A stretch of DNA of 63,885 nt, counting the filler. It is 6 parts of 6 records of this genome, joined end to end, with 100 filler letters (N's around TTAATTAATTAA, not from the genome) between each part and the next. Parts side by side here need not be neighbours in the genome. Positions count along the whole stretch, not along the records: positions 19,448 to 39,694 come from SRR31156797_1443; positions 39,795 to 47,821 come from SRR31156797_1447; 4 more parts are not named here. One strand, 5' to 3'. Each line of letters starts with the position of its first letter. Position 1 is the stretch's first letter. A program made the position numbers and the translations under genes. The notes beneath the pieces were generated by a model, which did not search any database, was not told where the DNA came from, and saw nothing but the letters and a program-made list of their open reading frames with translations. Below are positions 30,689 through 40,888 of the stretch, one piece after another.

Positions 30689-30704
30689 CCAAAGCATGTG
30701 CCAA
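30689..30704 (-). promoter_or_regulatory. Sigma54-type -24/-12 promoter-like site
   Basis: TTGGCACATGCTTTGG versus TGGCAC-N5-TTGC, about 33 nt upstream of the STAS ATG. Confidence 0.5.
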
Positions 30705-30904
30705 AAATTTTTTACATCTGATTTTCAGTACTTTATATTTTAACCACACTTCTGTATGATTACAAAATGGAATCTGTTCCATATTTTGGAATATGAAATA
30801 TATTAAGATTCCTATATCCTTAATGCTCAAACTTTTTTCTCTATATCTTTAAGTTTGTGTAGCTATTATCATATTTTTGCGGTGAATTAAATTTTCACCA
30901 AAAT

Positions 30905-32041
30905 ATGGTAACAGATCAAGACTTTAATGAAATACGTCCATACAGGGATAATGAAATACATTCGATTTTTGAAGAGTTAATGCAGGAAGAATCTTTTGTG
31001 GAACTGCTCAAATTTCTTTTCCCTCACATTCCTATAGATGTGTTTATTCAAAAACTTTTAAATGTAAACTCTATTAAAGAGTTCCAGATTGGGATAATAT
31101 ATCCATATATTCAAGAGATAATTAAAAACACCACACAAGGCTTAACAATAGAAGGTTTAGATCAATTAGACCCGAACAAAAATTATATATTCATTTCGAA
31201 CCACAGAGATATAGTTTTAGACTCAGCTTTTTTAAGTGTTTCATTGTATGATGCAGGTCATGACACCTGCGAAATTGCCATTGGAGATAACTTATTAATA
31301 TATCCCTGGATTACCAAATTGGTCAAACTTAATAAGTCATTTGTTGTAAGAAGAAACCTTCCGGCCAGACAAATGCTGCAAAGCTCACTATTAATGTCTA
31401 AATACATACGTTTTAACATTACCGAACGAAAACAAAATGTATGGATAGCTCAAAGAGAAGGGCGATCAAAAGACGGTGATGACAGAACACAAACCAGTTT
31501 GCTTAAAATGCTAAACATGAGCGGAAATGGAAACTTTGTAGAAAATTTTAAAGAATTACAAATTGTTCCCTTGTCCATCTCTTATGAATACGACCCATGT
31601 GATTATCTTAAGGCTCATGAGTTTTTATTAAAAAAGCAAAATCCAGATTACAAGAAATCCCAGGCGGATGACTTAAAGCATATGGGAGCTGGAATTAAAG
31701 GAAGAAAAGGAAGAGTAAATTTTAAAGCAGGAACTCCTATTAAAGCAGAACTAAACGACCTTGCCACTTTTGATAAAAATAAGCAATTAGAAAAACTAGC
31801 AGGAATCATTGACGATCAAATACACAACAACTATAAACTTTGGCCAGGTAACTTTATAGCTTCGGATAAATTAAGTGGCACCAAACATTTTGCTTCTAAA
31901 TACACTAATGAAGATGAAAAAATATTTGAGGCTTATATAAATGAGCATATATCAAGGTTAGAATCTACAGACCAAACCTTTATATACAACAGCCTGATGG
32001 AAATGTATGCCAATCCTGTGAAGAATTTCTATAAAGAATAA
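30905..32041 (+). CDS. Glycerolipid acyltransferase (PlsC/PlsB family)
   Basis: SNHRDIVLD (HxxxxD), WIAQREGRSKDG, IVPLSISYE. Confidence 0.85.
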   Translation: MVTDQDFNEIRPYRDNEIHSIFEELMQEESFVELLKFLFPHIPIDVFIQKLLNVNSIKEFQIGIIYPYIQEIIKNTTQGLTIEGLDQLDPNKNYIFISNHRDIVLDSAFLSVSLYDAGHDTCEIAIGDNLLIYPWITKLVKLNKSFVVRRNLPARQMLQSSLLMSKYIRFNITERKQNVWIAQREGRSKDGDDRTQTSLLKMLNMSGNGNFVENFKELQIVPLSISYEYDPCDYLKAHEFLLKKQNPDYKKSQADDLKHMGAGIKGRKGRVNFKAGTPIKAELNDLATFDKNKQLEKLAGIIDDQIHNNYKLWPGNFIASDKLSGTKHFASKYTNEDEKIFEAYINEHISRLESTDQTFIYNSLMEMYANPVKNFYKE

Positions 32042-32055
32042 TTACTACAAAATAT

Positions 32056-32096
32056 AAAAAAAGCGCTATTCCAAATTTTGGAATAGCGCTTTTTTT
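32056..32096. terminator. Bidirectional terminator
   Basis: A tract, AGCGCTATTCCAA / TTGGAATAGCGCT, T tract. Confidence 0.85.
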
Positions 32097-32114
32097 GTAT
32101 ATTATCCAGACAAA

Positions 32115-33869
32115 CTATTTCTCTTTTTTCCTTAAAGCTATATTTAATTCCTCTAGCTGATCTTCTGCAACTGGTGATGGAGAATCAATCATCACATCTC
32201 TTCCCGAATTATTTTTAGGGAAAGCAATTACATCTCTAATCGAATCAATTCCTGCAAACAAGGAAACTAATCTGTCAAATCCAAAAGCAACTCCACCATG
32301 TGGTGGCGCTCCATATTTAAACGCATTCATTAAGAAACCAAACTGACTTTCCGCTTCCTCTTCAGAGAAACCAAGTAATTGAAACATCTTATGCTGTAAC
32401 TCATCGTTGTGAATCCTAATAGAACCTCCACCAATTTCAACACCATTAATAACTAAATCGTAAGCATTTGCTCTTACTTTTCCTGGATCAGTCTCCAATA
32501 AAGCAATATCTTCTTTTTTAGGTGAAGTAAATGGATGGTGCATCGCATGAAAACGAGCCGAATCTTCATCCCACTCTAATAATGGAAAATCAACCACCCA
32601 AAGCGGAGCAAATTTAGTTTTATCTCTTAAACCGAGTCTGCTACCCATTTCTAAACGCAATTCACAAAGTGCATTTTGCGTCTTCGCTTTTGCACCGGCC
32701 AAAATCAACAATAAATCTCCAGGCTTTGCACCAAAAGCTTCTGCCCATGTTTTTAATGCAGGCTCGTCAAAGAATTTATCAACTGACGATTTAAATGTTC
32801 CATCTGTGTTATATTTTACGTACACCAAACCTTGTGCTCCAATCTGTGGTTTACGCACAAAATCCGTCAGCTTATCCAATTCTTTACGACTATATCCGGC
32901 ACATCCTTCTGCACAAATACCACCAACATACTCCGCATCTTCAAAAACTTTAAAGCCACAATCAACTAAAAGCTCTTTCATTTCAACAAACTTCATATCA
33001 AAACGAATGTCGGGCTTATCAGATCCATAAAACTTCATCGCTTCCTCGTAAGGCATTTGAGGAAAATCAAAATCTAAATCAACATTCTTAATGACTTTAA
33101 ACAAATGCTTGGTCATTCCTTCAAAAGTTGAAAGAATATCCTGCTGTTCAACAAATGACATTTCACAGTCAATTTGGGTAAATTCAGGCTGGCGATCCGC
33201 ACGTAAATCTTCATCACGGAAGCACTTTACAATCTGAAAATACTTATCAAAACCAGCAACCATTAACAACTGCTTAAACACCTGAGGCGACTGCGGTAAG
33301 GCATAAAATTCACCTTGATTCATACGTGAAGGTACAATGAAATCGCGTGCTCCTTCAGGAGTAGACTTAATTAAAACAGGCGTTTCTGTTTCAATAAAGT
33401 TTTCATTATTTAAATAGTTACGAACTTCAAATGCTAATTTGTGACGAAGCACTAAATTTTCACGAACCGGATTACGACGTAAATCCAGGTATCTGTATTT
33501 CATACGAAGGTCATCTCCCCCGTCTGTTTCATCCTCAATAGTAAATGGAGGTAAATCAGAAGCATTTAATAAGGTAAATTCACCTACTAAAATCTCAATT
33601 TCTCCGGTTGGGATTTTTGAATTCTTATTACTACGCTCCGCGACTACCCCTTTAGCCTGAATCACATATTCACGACCTAACTTTCTTGCTTCCTCGCTTA
33701 ATTCTTTTTTTGTTTCATCAAGAACCAATTGGGTAATACCATATCTATCTCTTAAATCAATAAAAGTCATCCCCCCAAGGTTACGAACTTTCTGCACCCA
33801 TCCACTTAAGGTTACATTTTGGTCTACATTGGTAAGTCTTAGCTCACCACAAGTATGTGATCTGTACAT
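32115..33869 (-). CDS. aspS: Aspartate--tRNA ligase
   Basis: [52 protein letters not shown]. Confidence 0.97.
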   Translation of the reverse strand: MYRSHTCGELRLTNVDQNVTLSGWVQKVRNLGGMTFIDLRDRYGITQLVLDETKKELSEEARKLGREYVIQAKGVVAERSNKNSKIPTGEIEILVGEFTLLNASDLPPFTIEDETDGGDDLRMKYRYLDLRRNPVRENLVLRHKLAFEVRNYLNNENFIETETPVLIKSTPEGARDFIVPSRMNQGEFYALPQSPQVFKQLLMVAGFDKYFQIVKCFRDEDLRADRQPEFTQIDCEMSFVEQQDILSTFEGMTKHLFKVIKNVDLDFDFPQMPYEEAMKFYGSDKPDIRFDMKFVEMKELLVDCGFKVFEDAEYVGGICAEGCAGYSRKELDKLTDFVRKPQIGAQGLVYVKYNTDGTFKSSVDKFFDEPALKTWAEAFGAKPGDLLLILAGAKAKTQNALCELRLEMGSRLGLRDKTKFAPLWVVDFPLLEWDEDSARFHAMHHPFTSPKKEDIALLETDPGKVRANAYDLVINGVEIGGGSIRIHNDELQHKMFQLLGFSEEEAESQFGFLMNAFKYGAPPHGGVAFGFDRLVSLFAGIDSIRDVIAFPKNNSGRDVMIDSPSPVAEDQLEELNIALRKKEK

Positions 33870-34016
33870 TTTCTATACTTATTAAATATTCATTGAATAC
33901 ATGCGCCATGTTGATAAATTACTATTTTCGCCTTACCAACACTTAATCTTTTCAAGGTGCGAAAATATAAAGAAAATAGATAAAAGTACAGGTATTGACC
34001 CATTTAAAGTATAAAG

Positions 34017-34463
34017 ATGAGCAAAATCAATTTTTCAGATGAGTATTTTATGAAACAAGCGCTTAAAGAGGCGCAAATAGCTGCACAAAAAGATGAAATT
34101 CCTGTTGGCGCCATCGTTGTTTGCAATCAACAAATTATATCAAAGGCGCACAATTTAACCGAAACACTGAAAGACGTTACTGCTCATGCTGAAATGCTAG
34201 CCATTACAGCAGCCACCGAATTTTTAGGTGGGAAATATTTAAATGAATGTACACTGTACGTTACTCTTGAACCATGCGCCATGTGTGCAGGTGCGCTTTC
34301 GTGGTCACAAATTGGAGAAATAGTAATTGGGGCTCCCGATAAAAAAAGAGGTTTTTTAAAACACTCCCCCCTTATCAAACACCCCAAAACAAATATTAAA
34401 CAAGGTTTTTTAGCAGACGAGTGCTCTGAAATTGTAAAAAACTTCTTTAAAACAAAAAGATAA
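34017..34463 (+). CDS. tadA: tRNA adenosine deaminase
   Basis: EIPVGA, TAHAEM, TLEPCAMC, FF..KR. Confidence 0.85.
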   Translation: MSKINFSDEYFMKQALKEAQIAAQKDEIPVGAIVVCNQQIISKAHNLTETLKDVTAHAEMLAITAATEFLGGKYLNECTLYVTLEPCAMCAGALSWSQIGEIVIGAPDKKRGFLKHSPLIKHPKTNIKQGFLADECSEIVKNFFKTKR

Positions 34464-34500
34464 CTTTTAAACTTTTTTGTTTTTTCGTATTTTTACACAC

Positions 34501-35187
34501 ATGAAATTTGAAGATATTTATACCGATTTAGAAAAGTGTGGCACTGAGCAAAACAGAAAAGTTTACAAGCGACATGGTGCTAAGGGTGACCTCTTTGGCG
34601 TAAGCTTTGCCGATCTTAAAGAAATTAAAAACAAAGTTGTTTCTCCCTCTGGAAAAAAAGGAACAAATCATGGAATTGCAAAACAACTTTGGGCTACCAG
34701 AAACACGGATTCGCGCATCCTCGCCTGTATGATTGCAGACCCTGCAGCTATTACGCGCATTGAAGCAAACAAATGGGTTTCTGTTATTAATTACTATGCA
34801 CTTGCAGACTGCTTTGCGGAACTTATTGCTAAAACACGATTTGGATTAGACATCATGTACCTTTGGATTCAATCTCCCGATGAGTATATCAAACGAGTTG
34901 GTTTTGCAATCCTTAATTATTTTGCACAAAATGATGAATCAAGAAGTGATTTATTTTTTATTGGTTTTATTCAAAAGATAAAATCGGAAATACAAACATC
35001 TCCAAACAGAGCTAAAGAAGGCATGAACAACTGTCTTATTTCTATTGGAGGAAGAACGGAAGCTCTGCGCGATAAAGTTATTGAAACTGCACGTGCCATT
35101 GGTCCTGTTGAAATTGACCATGGCGAAACTTCATGCAAAACCTTTATCATTGAAGAATATGTACAAAAGATTTGGGATAGAAAATAA
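34501..35187 (+). CDS. DNA alkylation repair (AlkD-like HEAT) protein
   Basis: RHGA...FGV..ADLK, LWAT.N.D.R.LA, MNN.LI.IG, V.IDHG.T.CK. Confidence 0.75.
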   Translation: MKFEDIYTDLEKCGTEQNRKVYKRHGAKGDLFGVSFADLKEIKNKVVSPSGKKGTNHGIAKQLWATRNTDSRILACMIADPAAITRIEANKWVSVINYYALADCFAELIAKTRFGLDIMYLWIQSPDEYIKRVGFAILNYFAQNDESRSDLFFIGFIQKIKSEIQTSPNRAKEGMNNCLISIGGRTEALRDKVIETARAIGPVEIDHGETSCKTFIIEEYVQKIWDRK

Positions 35188-35210
35188 AATATCCAGTTTA
35201 TATATAAATC

Positions 35211-35247
35211 AAAGGGGTTGTGTTTAAAGTTCACAACCCCTTTTTTT
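35211..35247 (+). terminator. Intrinsic terminator
   Basis: AAAGGGGTTGTG / CACAACCCCTTT followed by a T tract. Confidence 0.8.
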
Positions 35248-35331
35248 ATGGAACATTTTATTACATTTCAATTGTCTTTAGTTGTATTGTAAATATCATC
35301 TTATCTTTGTCCCAAATTAAAATTTTACGTT

Positions 35332-36663
35332 TTGAAGTTTTCTGAATTAAATTTAAATACAGTTCTTTTAAATGCCCTTGACGAAATGGGGCTACAAGAA
35401 GCTACACCTATTCAAGAACAAGTTTTTCCGGTTGCAATGTCGGGTCGTGATGTGGTTGGAATAGCGCAAACCGGTACAGGTAAAACCATATCTTATATAT
35501 TACCGATTTTAAGAAATTTAAAATTCAGTAAACAACGCCACCCTCGTGTTTTAATTTTAGTGCCTACCCGGGAATTGGTGGAGCAGGTCGTTGGTGAGTT
35601 TAAAAAGTTAACTGAATACATGAGTGTTAGAATTGCCGGTGTTTATGGAGGTACCAATATTAACACGCAAAAACAAATGGTTTACGAAGGTTTAGATGTA
35701 TTAGTTTCTACACCAGGCCGACTTATTGACATTACTTTAACCGGCGTATTACGATTAAAATCGATTCAAAAGTTAGTAATCGATGAAGTTGATGAGATGC
35801 TCAACTTAGGGTTTAAACCTCAATTGGAAAGAATCGTAGATCTTCTGCCGGAGAAAAGACAAAACCTCATGTTTTCTGCCACATTAACCTTTGATGTAGA
35901 GGAAATTATCAAATATTTTTTCTATGATCCGATTAAAATTGAGGTGGCTGCATCCGGAACTCCGGTCGATAAGATATTTCAATCAGCCTACAATGTTCCT
36001 AACTTTTACACAAAAATCAACCTTCTGCTTTATCTTCTAGATATTCAATCTGACATGAATAAAGTTTTGATTTTCGTAAAAAGCAGAACGATGGCCGATT
36101 TTCTTTTTGCACAACTTGAAGAAATATTTGAAGATGAAATTGGAGTTATTCATTCTAATAAATCACAAAACTTTAGATTTAGAATGGTGAATGAATTTAC
36201 CGAAGGTTCACTTCGATTACTGATAGCAACTGACCTAATTGCTCGTGGTTTGGATATTTCCAACGTTACACATGTAGTTAATTTTGACATGCCTGAAGAA
36301 CCAGAAGCGTATATGCACCGAATTGGTAGAACAGGTAGAGCGGAGGCTGAAGGAAACGCGATTTCATTTGTCTCCGGAGACGAAGCAAGCATTTGGAAGA
36401 GTATCAATAAATTAATGGATACGCAAATTAAGCTTGAAGAATTACCTGAAGAAGTAGAGGTCTCCACCCTACAAATTGACAGTGAGATCCCTGAAATCGC
36501 AGGCAAAACACTCATAAAAACACCTAAAATAGACGCAACTAAAGGTGCTGCTTTTCATGAGAAAAAAGAGAAAAACAAAAAAGTAAATTTAGGCGGTTCC
36601 TATAGACGTAAGCTGGCTATCAAATACAAAAAACCAAAAACAAGAGGTCAGAAAAGAAAATAA
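35332..36663 (+). CDS. DEAD-box RNA helicase
   Basis: TPIQ, AQTGTGKT, PTREL, TPGR, DEVD, SAT, ARGLD, HRIGRTGR. Confidence 0.95.
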   Translation: MKFSELNLNTVLLNALDEMGLQEATPIQEQVFPVAMSGRDVVGIAQTGTGKTISYILPILRNLKFSKQRHPRVLILVPTRELVEQVVGEFKKLTEYMSVRIAGVYGGTNINTQKQMVYEGLDVLVSTPGRLIDITLTGVLRLKSIQKLVIDEVDEMLNLGFKPQLERIVDLLPEKRQNLMFSATLTFDVEEIIKYFFYDPIKIEVAASGTPVDKIFQSAYNVPNFYTKINLLLYLLDIQSDMNKVLIFVKSRTMADFLFAQLEEIFEDEIGVIHSNKSQNFRFRMVNEFTEGSLRLLIATDLIARGLDISNVTHVVNFDMPEEPEAYMHRIGRTGRAEAEGNAISFVSGDEASIWKSINKLMDTQIKLEELPEEVEVSTLQIDSEIPEIAGKTLIKTPKIDATKGAAFHEKKEKNKKVNLGGSYRRKLAIKYKKPKTRGQKRK

Positions 36664-36870
36664 AGATAAAGTTCCTTGGCTTAGAATTTATTCCTGAATA
36701 ATTCAAAAAACGTATTCATATCATATAAAACCCCAATATGCCTCAACCTTTATGCCTGTGTGAGGTTATAAAAAATGTTAAGGTTCATATTTGACTGTAC
36801 TCTTAACAATTAATATTGTATTTTTCTGATATTACCTTATTTTAAGCATAAACCTATATTATTCTGGCTA

Positions 36871-39555
36871 ATGAACAACGAAAAGAAAAGACTTGACGAA
36901 TGCTTTAAAGGTGAAGTTGCCTGGAAAAAATGGGGACCTTATTTAAGTGAGCGCCAATGGGGAACTGTAAGAGAAGATGACGGCAGACATGATAATCCGT
37001 GGATTTCTTTCTCCCACGACCAGGCCCGTTCCCGTGTTTATCGATATGGCGAAGATGGAATTGCAGGAATAAGTGATGATAAACAAAATCTGTGTTTTGC
37101 ATTATCTCTTTGGAATAAAAAAGATCCAATTCTAAAAGAACGACTTTTTGGTTTATCCGGCCCCAAAGGTAACCATGGTGAAGATGTAAAAGAATACTAT
37201 TTCTATCTGGATTCTTCTCCTACGCATTCTTACATGAAATACCTGTATAAGTATCCATTAAACGAGTTCCCTTATCTTGATCTTGTAGATATTAATGCTG
37301 CCAGAACTCATAACGATTTTGAATATGAGCTTTTAGATACTGGTATTTTTAAAGACAGCCATTATTTAGATGTGTATGTTGAGTACTCAAAAAAAGAATG
37401 TGAAAATATTCTAATTAAAATTACAGCATATAACCGCAGTAGTAAGGATGCTAATGTAGTTCTATTGCCAACTTTATGGTATCGAAATACATGGTGGAAC
37501 CACCAAACAACCGAACCAATAATAGAACTCCTGGATGATAATTCTGTAATTGCTAAAAATGACTCTTTGGGCGATTATGTTTTAAGTTCTGAACTATCTC
37601 CTTTATGGCTTTTTACTAATAACGAAACTAATTTTGAACGACTTCATAATTCACCAAATGAATCGGAGTACGTAAAAGATGGCTTTCATGAATTTATCAT
37701 TAACCATAACAACGAGGCTGTTAATCCGGAACACAAAGGAACAAAAGCCGGAGCTATGTTTGATGTAAACATTCCGGCAGGTGAAAGTATAGAACTTAAG
37801 CTTTCGCTAAAATCAGCAAAAATGCCGAAGCACTCTTTCGGTAGTTTTGATAAAAATATGGAATTAAGAGCTCTGGAAACAGAACTATTCTATCAAGATA
37901 TTTACCCTGAAAATACAAGTGAAGACGAAAAAAGAATTATTCGTCAAGCACTGGCTGGTATGCTTTGGACCAAACAGTATTATGAATTTAATGTTTCCGA
38001 ATGGCTTGATGAATTCAGAGGAGGTCCCCGCCGCCAGTTAAGAAATAACGATTGGGAGCATCTTAAAAATAGTGATATTATAAGCATGCCCGATAAATGG
38101 GAGTACCCATGGTATGCAGTATGGGATTTGGCGTTTCATACCCTGCCATTAACAATGGTTGATCCATATTTTGCCAAGGAACAACTAAGCTTATTTCTTC
38201 AAAAAAGCTATCAACACCCAAACGGACAAATTCCGGCATATGAATGGAGTTTTAACGATGTAAACCCTCCGGTTCATGCATTTGCAGTGATTACACTTTA
38301 CAAAAACAGTAAACAGATGCAAGGCTACGGAGATAAGGAATTCTTAAAAAACTGTTTTGACGGGTTAGACCGGAATTTTCATTGGTGGATAAATCATAAA
38401 GATCCTCTTTCAACTAATGCCTTTCAAGGTGGTTTTTTAGGATTAGATAACATAGGCGTATTCGACAGAAGCCATACCTTACCAACTGGTGGTCATATAG
38501 AACAATCAGATGGTAATGCATGGATGGCCCTGTACGCCCAAAACATGCTCGAAATTTGTCTTGAATTAGTACACTTAGGCTACGATGAGTACCGGGATAA
38601 ATCAGTTGATTATTACAATCACTTTCTGGAAATTTCTTCTGCCATGGATCGCATTGGCGACAATGAAGATGAAATGTGGGATGAAGAAGATCAGTTTTTT
38701 TATGATGTATTACGTTTTCCTGACGGAACAGCTACACGACTTAAAGTAAGATCCTTAGTTGGACTACTACCTCTTTGTGCAGCAACCGTGCTAGAACCGG
38801 ATCACCTTGAGATGATGCCTTCGATAGCACAAAAGCACAAATACATGATAACAAGAACCAAAAGGCTATCGAAAAACATTCACAATCCCATGATAAAGGG
38901 AAAAAACAACAGAAGACTTCTTGGTGTACTGAATAAAGAAAAACTTGAAAGTGTACTAAAAGTGATGCTTGATGAAAACGAATTTTTAAGTGAGTTTGGA
39001 ATTCGTTCTTTATCTAAATACCACGAAGAAAATCCTTATGTATTTAAATGGAACGATGAAGAGTTTTCTGTAAAATATGTTCCAGGAGAATCTGACAGTA
39101 CAATGTTTGGAGGGAACTCCAATTGGCGCGGCCCTATATGGCTACCTGCCAACACTGTAGTCATCAGGGCACTTTATCAGCAATATGCTTTCTATGGCGA
39201 TGATTTTAAAATAGAATGCCCTACTGGTTCGGGAAATATGATGACGTTAATAGAGGTGGCAATGGAAATCATAAAACGCCTCGAAAACATTTTTAAAAAA
39301 GACGAAAAAGGTTATCGCCCGGTTTATGGTTGGAACAAAGAATTTCAGGAAGATCCTAATTGGGAAAACCATATCTTATTTTACGAGTATTTTCATGGTG
39401 ATAATGGAGCCGGAATTGGAGCCAGTCACCAAACAGGCTGGACCGGAATGATTGCCTATCTAATGATTATGTTTAGAACAACCAACTTTAATAAGCTTAT
39501 GGAAAAAGCTCATTGGGATCAGGAAACAAACTTGAAAAACAATAAAAATGAATAA
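36871..39555 (+). CDS. MGH1/GH63-like glucosidase
   Basis: WGPYLSERQWGTVRED, SMPDKWEYPWYA.WD, GGFLGLDNIG, FYEYFHGD.G.G.GASHQTGWT. Confidence 0.88.
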   Translation: MNNEKKRLDECFKGEVAWKKWGPYLSERQWGTVREDDGRHDNPWISFSHDQARSRVYRYGEDGIAGISDDKQNLCFALSLWNKKDPILKERLFGLSGPKGNHGEDVKEYYFYLDSSPTHSYMKYLYKYPLNEFPYLDLVDINAARTHNDFEYELLDTGIFKDSHYLDVYVEYSKKECENILIKITAYNRSSKDANVVLLPTLWYRNTWWNHQTTEPIIELLDDNSVIAKNDSLGDYVLSSELSPLWLFTNNETNFERLHNSPNESEYVKDGFHEFIINHNNEAVNPEHKGTKAGAMFDVNIPAGESIELKLSLKSAKMPKHSFGSFDKNMELRALETELFYQDIYPENTSEDEKRIIRQALAGMLWTKQYYEFNVSEWLDEFRGGPRRQLRNNDWEHLKNSDIISMPDKWEYPWYAVWDLAFHTLPLTMVDPYFAKEQLSLFLQKSYQHPNGQIPAYEWSFNDVNPPVHAFAVITLYKNSKQMQGYGDKEFLKNCFDGLDRNFHWWINHKDPLSTNAFQGGFLGLDNIGVFDRSHTLPTGGHIEQSDGNAWMALYAQNMLEICLELVHLGYDEYRDKSVDYYNHFLEISSAMDRIGDNEDEMWDEEDQFFYDVLRFPDGTATRLKVRSLVGLLPLCAATVLEPDHLEMMPSIAQKHKYMITRTKRLSKNIHNPMIKGKNNRRLLGVLNKEKLESVLKVMLDENEFLSEFGIRSLSKYHEENPYVFKWNDEEFSVKYVPGESDSTMFGGNSNWRGPIWLPANTVVIRALYQQYAFYGDDFKIECPTGSGNMMTLIEVAMEIIKRLENIFKKDEKGYRPVYGWNKEFQEDPNWENHILFYEYFHGDNGAGIGASHQTGWTGMIAYLMIMFRTTNFNKLMEKAHWDQETNLKNNKNE

Positions 39556-39583
39556 AAAAAGGCTGTTCAAAACGAACAGCCTT
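39554..39583. terminator. Terminator between glucosidase and eno
   Basis: AAGGCTGTTC-AAAAC-GAACAGCCTT. Confidence 0.7.
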
Positions 39584-39606
39584 CATTGTTTATCTTAAAG
39601 GTGTAA

Positions 39607-39694
39607 TTAAGCCTTTTTTACTTTTTTATATCCGTAAATAGCGCTTGCACCTAATTCTTCTTCGATACGAAGTAATTGGTTGTATTTAGCCATA
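39607..39694 (-). CDS. eno: Enolase, 3' end only
   Basis: Manual translation MAKYNQLLRIEEELGASAIYGYKKVKKA* matches the enolase C-terminus. Confidence 0.9.
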
Positions 39695-39794
39695 NNNNNN
39701 NNNNNNNNNNNNNNNNNNNNNNNNNNNNNNNNNNNNNNTTAATTAATTAANNNNNNNNNNNNNNNNNNNNNNNNNNNNNNNNNNNNNNNNNNNN
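39695..39794. other. Artificial contig spacer
   Basis: N44-TTAATTAATTAA-N44. Confidence 0.99.
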
Positions 39795-39939
39795 CATCCC
39801 AGCAATCGGGCTCCCGCTCGTCCTCGGGCTGGATCGACCGCTGGATATGGCACGCTCAGCCGTGAACGTCACGGGAGATTTGGCTGCCTGCGTTATCGTC
39901 GACTCAGACCCACCAAATGAAACCGAACCGCCTGAGTAG
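39795..39939 (+). CDS. Dicarboxylate/amino acid:cation symporter, 3' end only
   Basis: Manual translation IPAIGLPLVLGLDRPLDMARSAVNVTGDLAAC matches DAACS TM8. Confidence 0.85.
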
Positions 39940-39978
39940 ATGTCCGGCCTTTTCGGAACCTTGTTGGAAGCCAGTCCC

Positions 39979-40548
39979 TCAAAGAGTTTTCAGTACTTCT
40001 AAGGTTTCTTCCGGCTCGGGCCGGTGCGTATAATCGGGATCCGCCTGCAGGCTGCGGATCACACCGCTGGAGTCAACGACTATTCGAGCGGGCAACGGCA
40101 GCTCCCAGAGATGATCCTCATTGAATTCAGGAAGGTTGATGCCGAAACCAGCATACACCAACTGTAGTTCTTCCGGTAGCGCAAAGGAAATACCCAGCTC
40201 CTTCGCGTAGTTGTTGCCTGAATCGGTCAACACAGGGTACTCCAGACGCTGCTTCTCCCTGACCTCCTCATTTTTCTCTCGTGTTTGCGGAGAAATGGCA
40301 ACCAACTCAGCATTGCATCCGCGAACGGCGGAATAGTGTTGCTGCAAGGCATGCAGCTCCACGTTACAGTATGGTCACCATACACCTCGATAAAACGTCA
40401 GGACCAGGGGACCTTTTGCAAGCAACTCGCTGGACCGAACACACTGCCTTCTGGTGTCACTCAACTCGAATGCGGGCAATTGCGTACCGACTTTCGCAAT
40501 ACGATTCATGATTCCCGAATCGCGCAGTGTTTCGGCTGATCGATCCAT
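39979..40548 (-). CDS. Selenocysteine-containing AhpC/TSA peroxiredoxin-like protein
   Basis: Reading through TGA at 40375-40377 gives KVGTQLPAFEL...KGPLVLTFYRGVW-U-PYCNVEL...LVAISPQ...WELPLPA...DYTHRPEP. U aligns with the first C of WCPYC. True 5' end uncertain. Confidence 0.85.
40336..40362 (-). promoter_or_regulatory. Putative bacterial SECIS element
   Basis: GTG-GA-GCTGCA-[TGCCT]-TGCAGC-AA-CAC; the loop starts 23 nt after UGA, with G at loop position 2. Confidence 0.65.
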
Positions 40549-40888
40549 GATCGCGACAACCTCAGGTGACGCCTGCTGTTGTAAGTGCCTGCCTTACGCG
40601 TCCCTGATGCGAGAAGCTTTTGATCATTGGGGGTCCCGGTGTGTCTTCTGACTTGAGTCCTCTGTAGAGCGTGTCCGCGATCAGGGCGAGCATGAACACT
40701 ACATATGCTGCAAGCGAATGCACACGGAGCCACGAGGGACAACGACCGTCGAAATCCTGGATAACCGATGGCGAACTTGCCACGTACAACTCTTCTACGT
40801 ACTATTGGCTCCCTGAAGAAGCACAGGATATGCAACTGGTTGCACTGCTTGCTCTGACAAAACCCCGCAAGTTACTGGAGAAATACGA

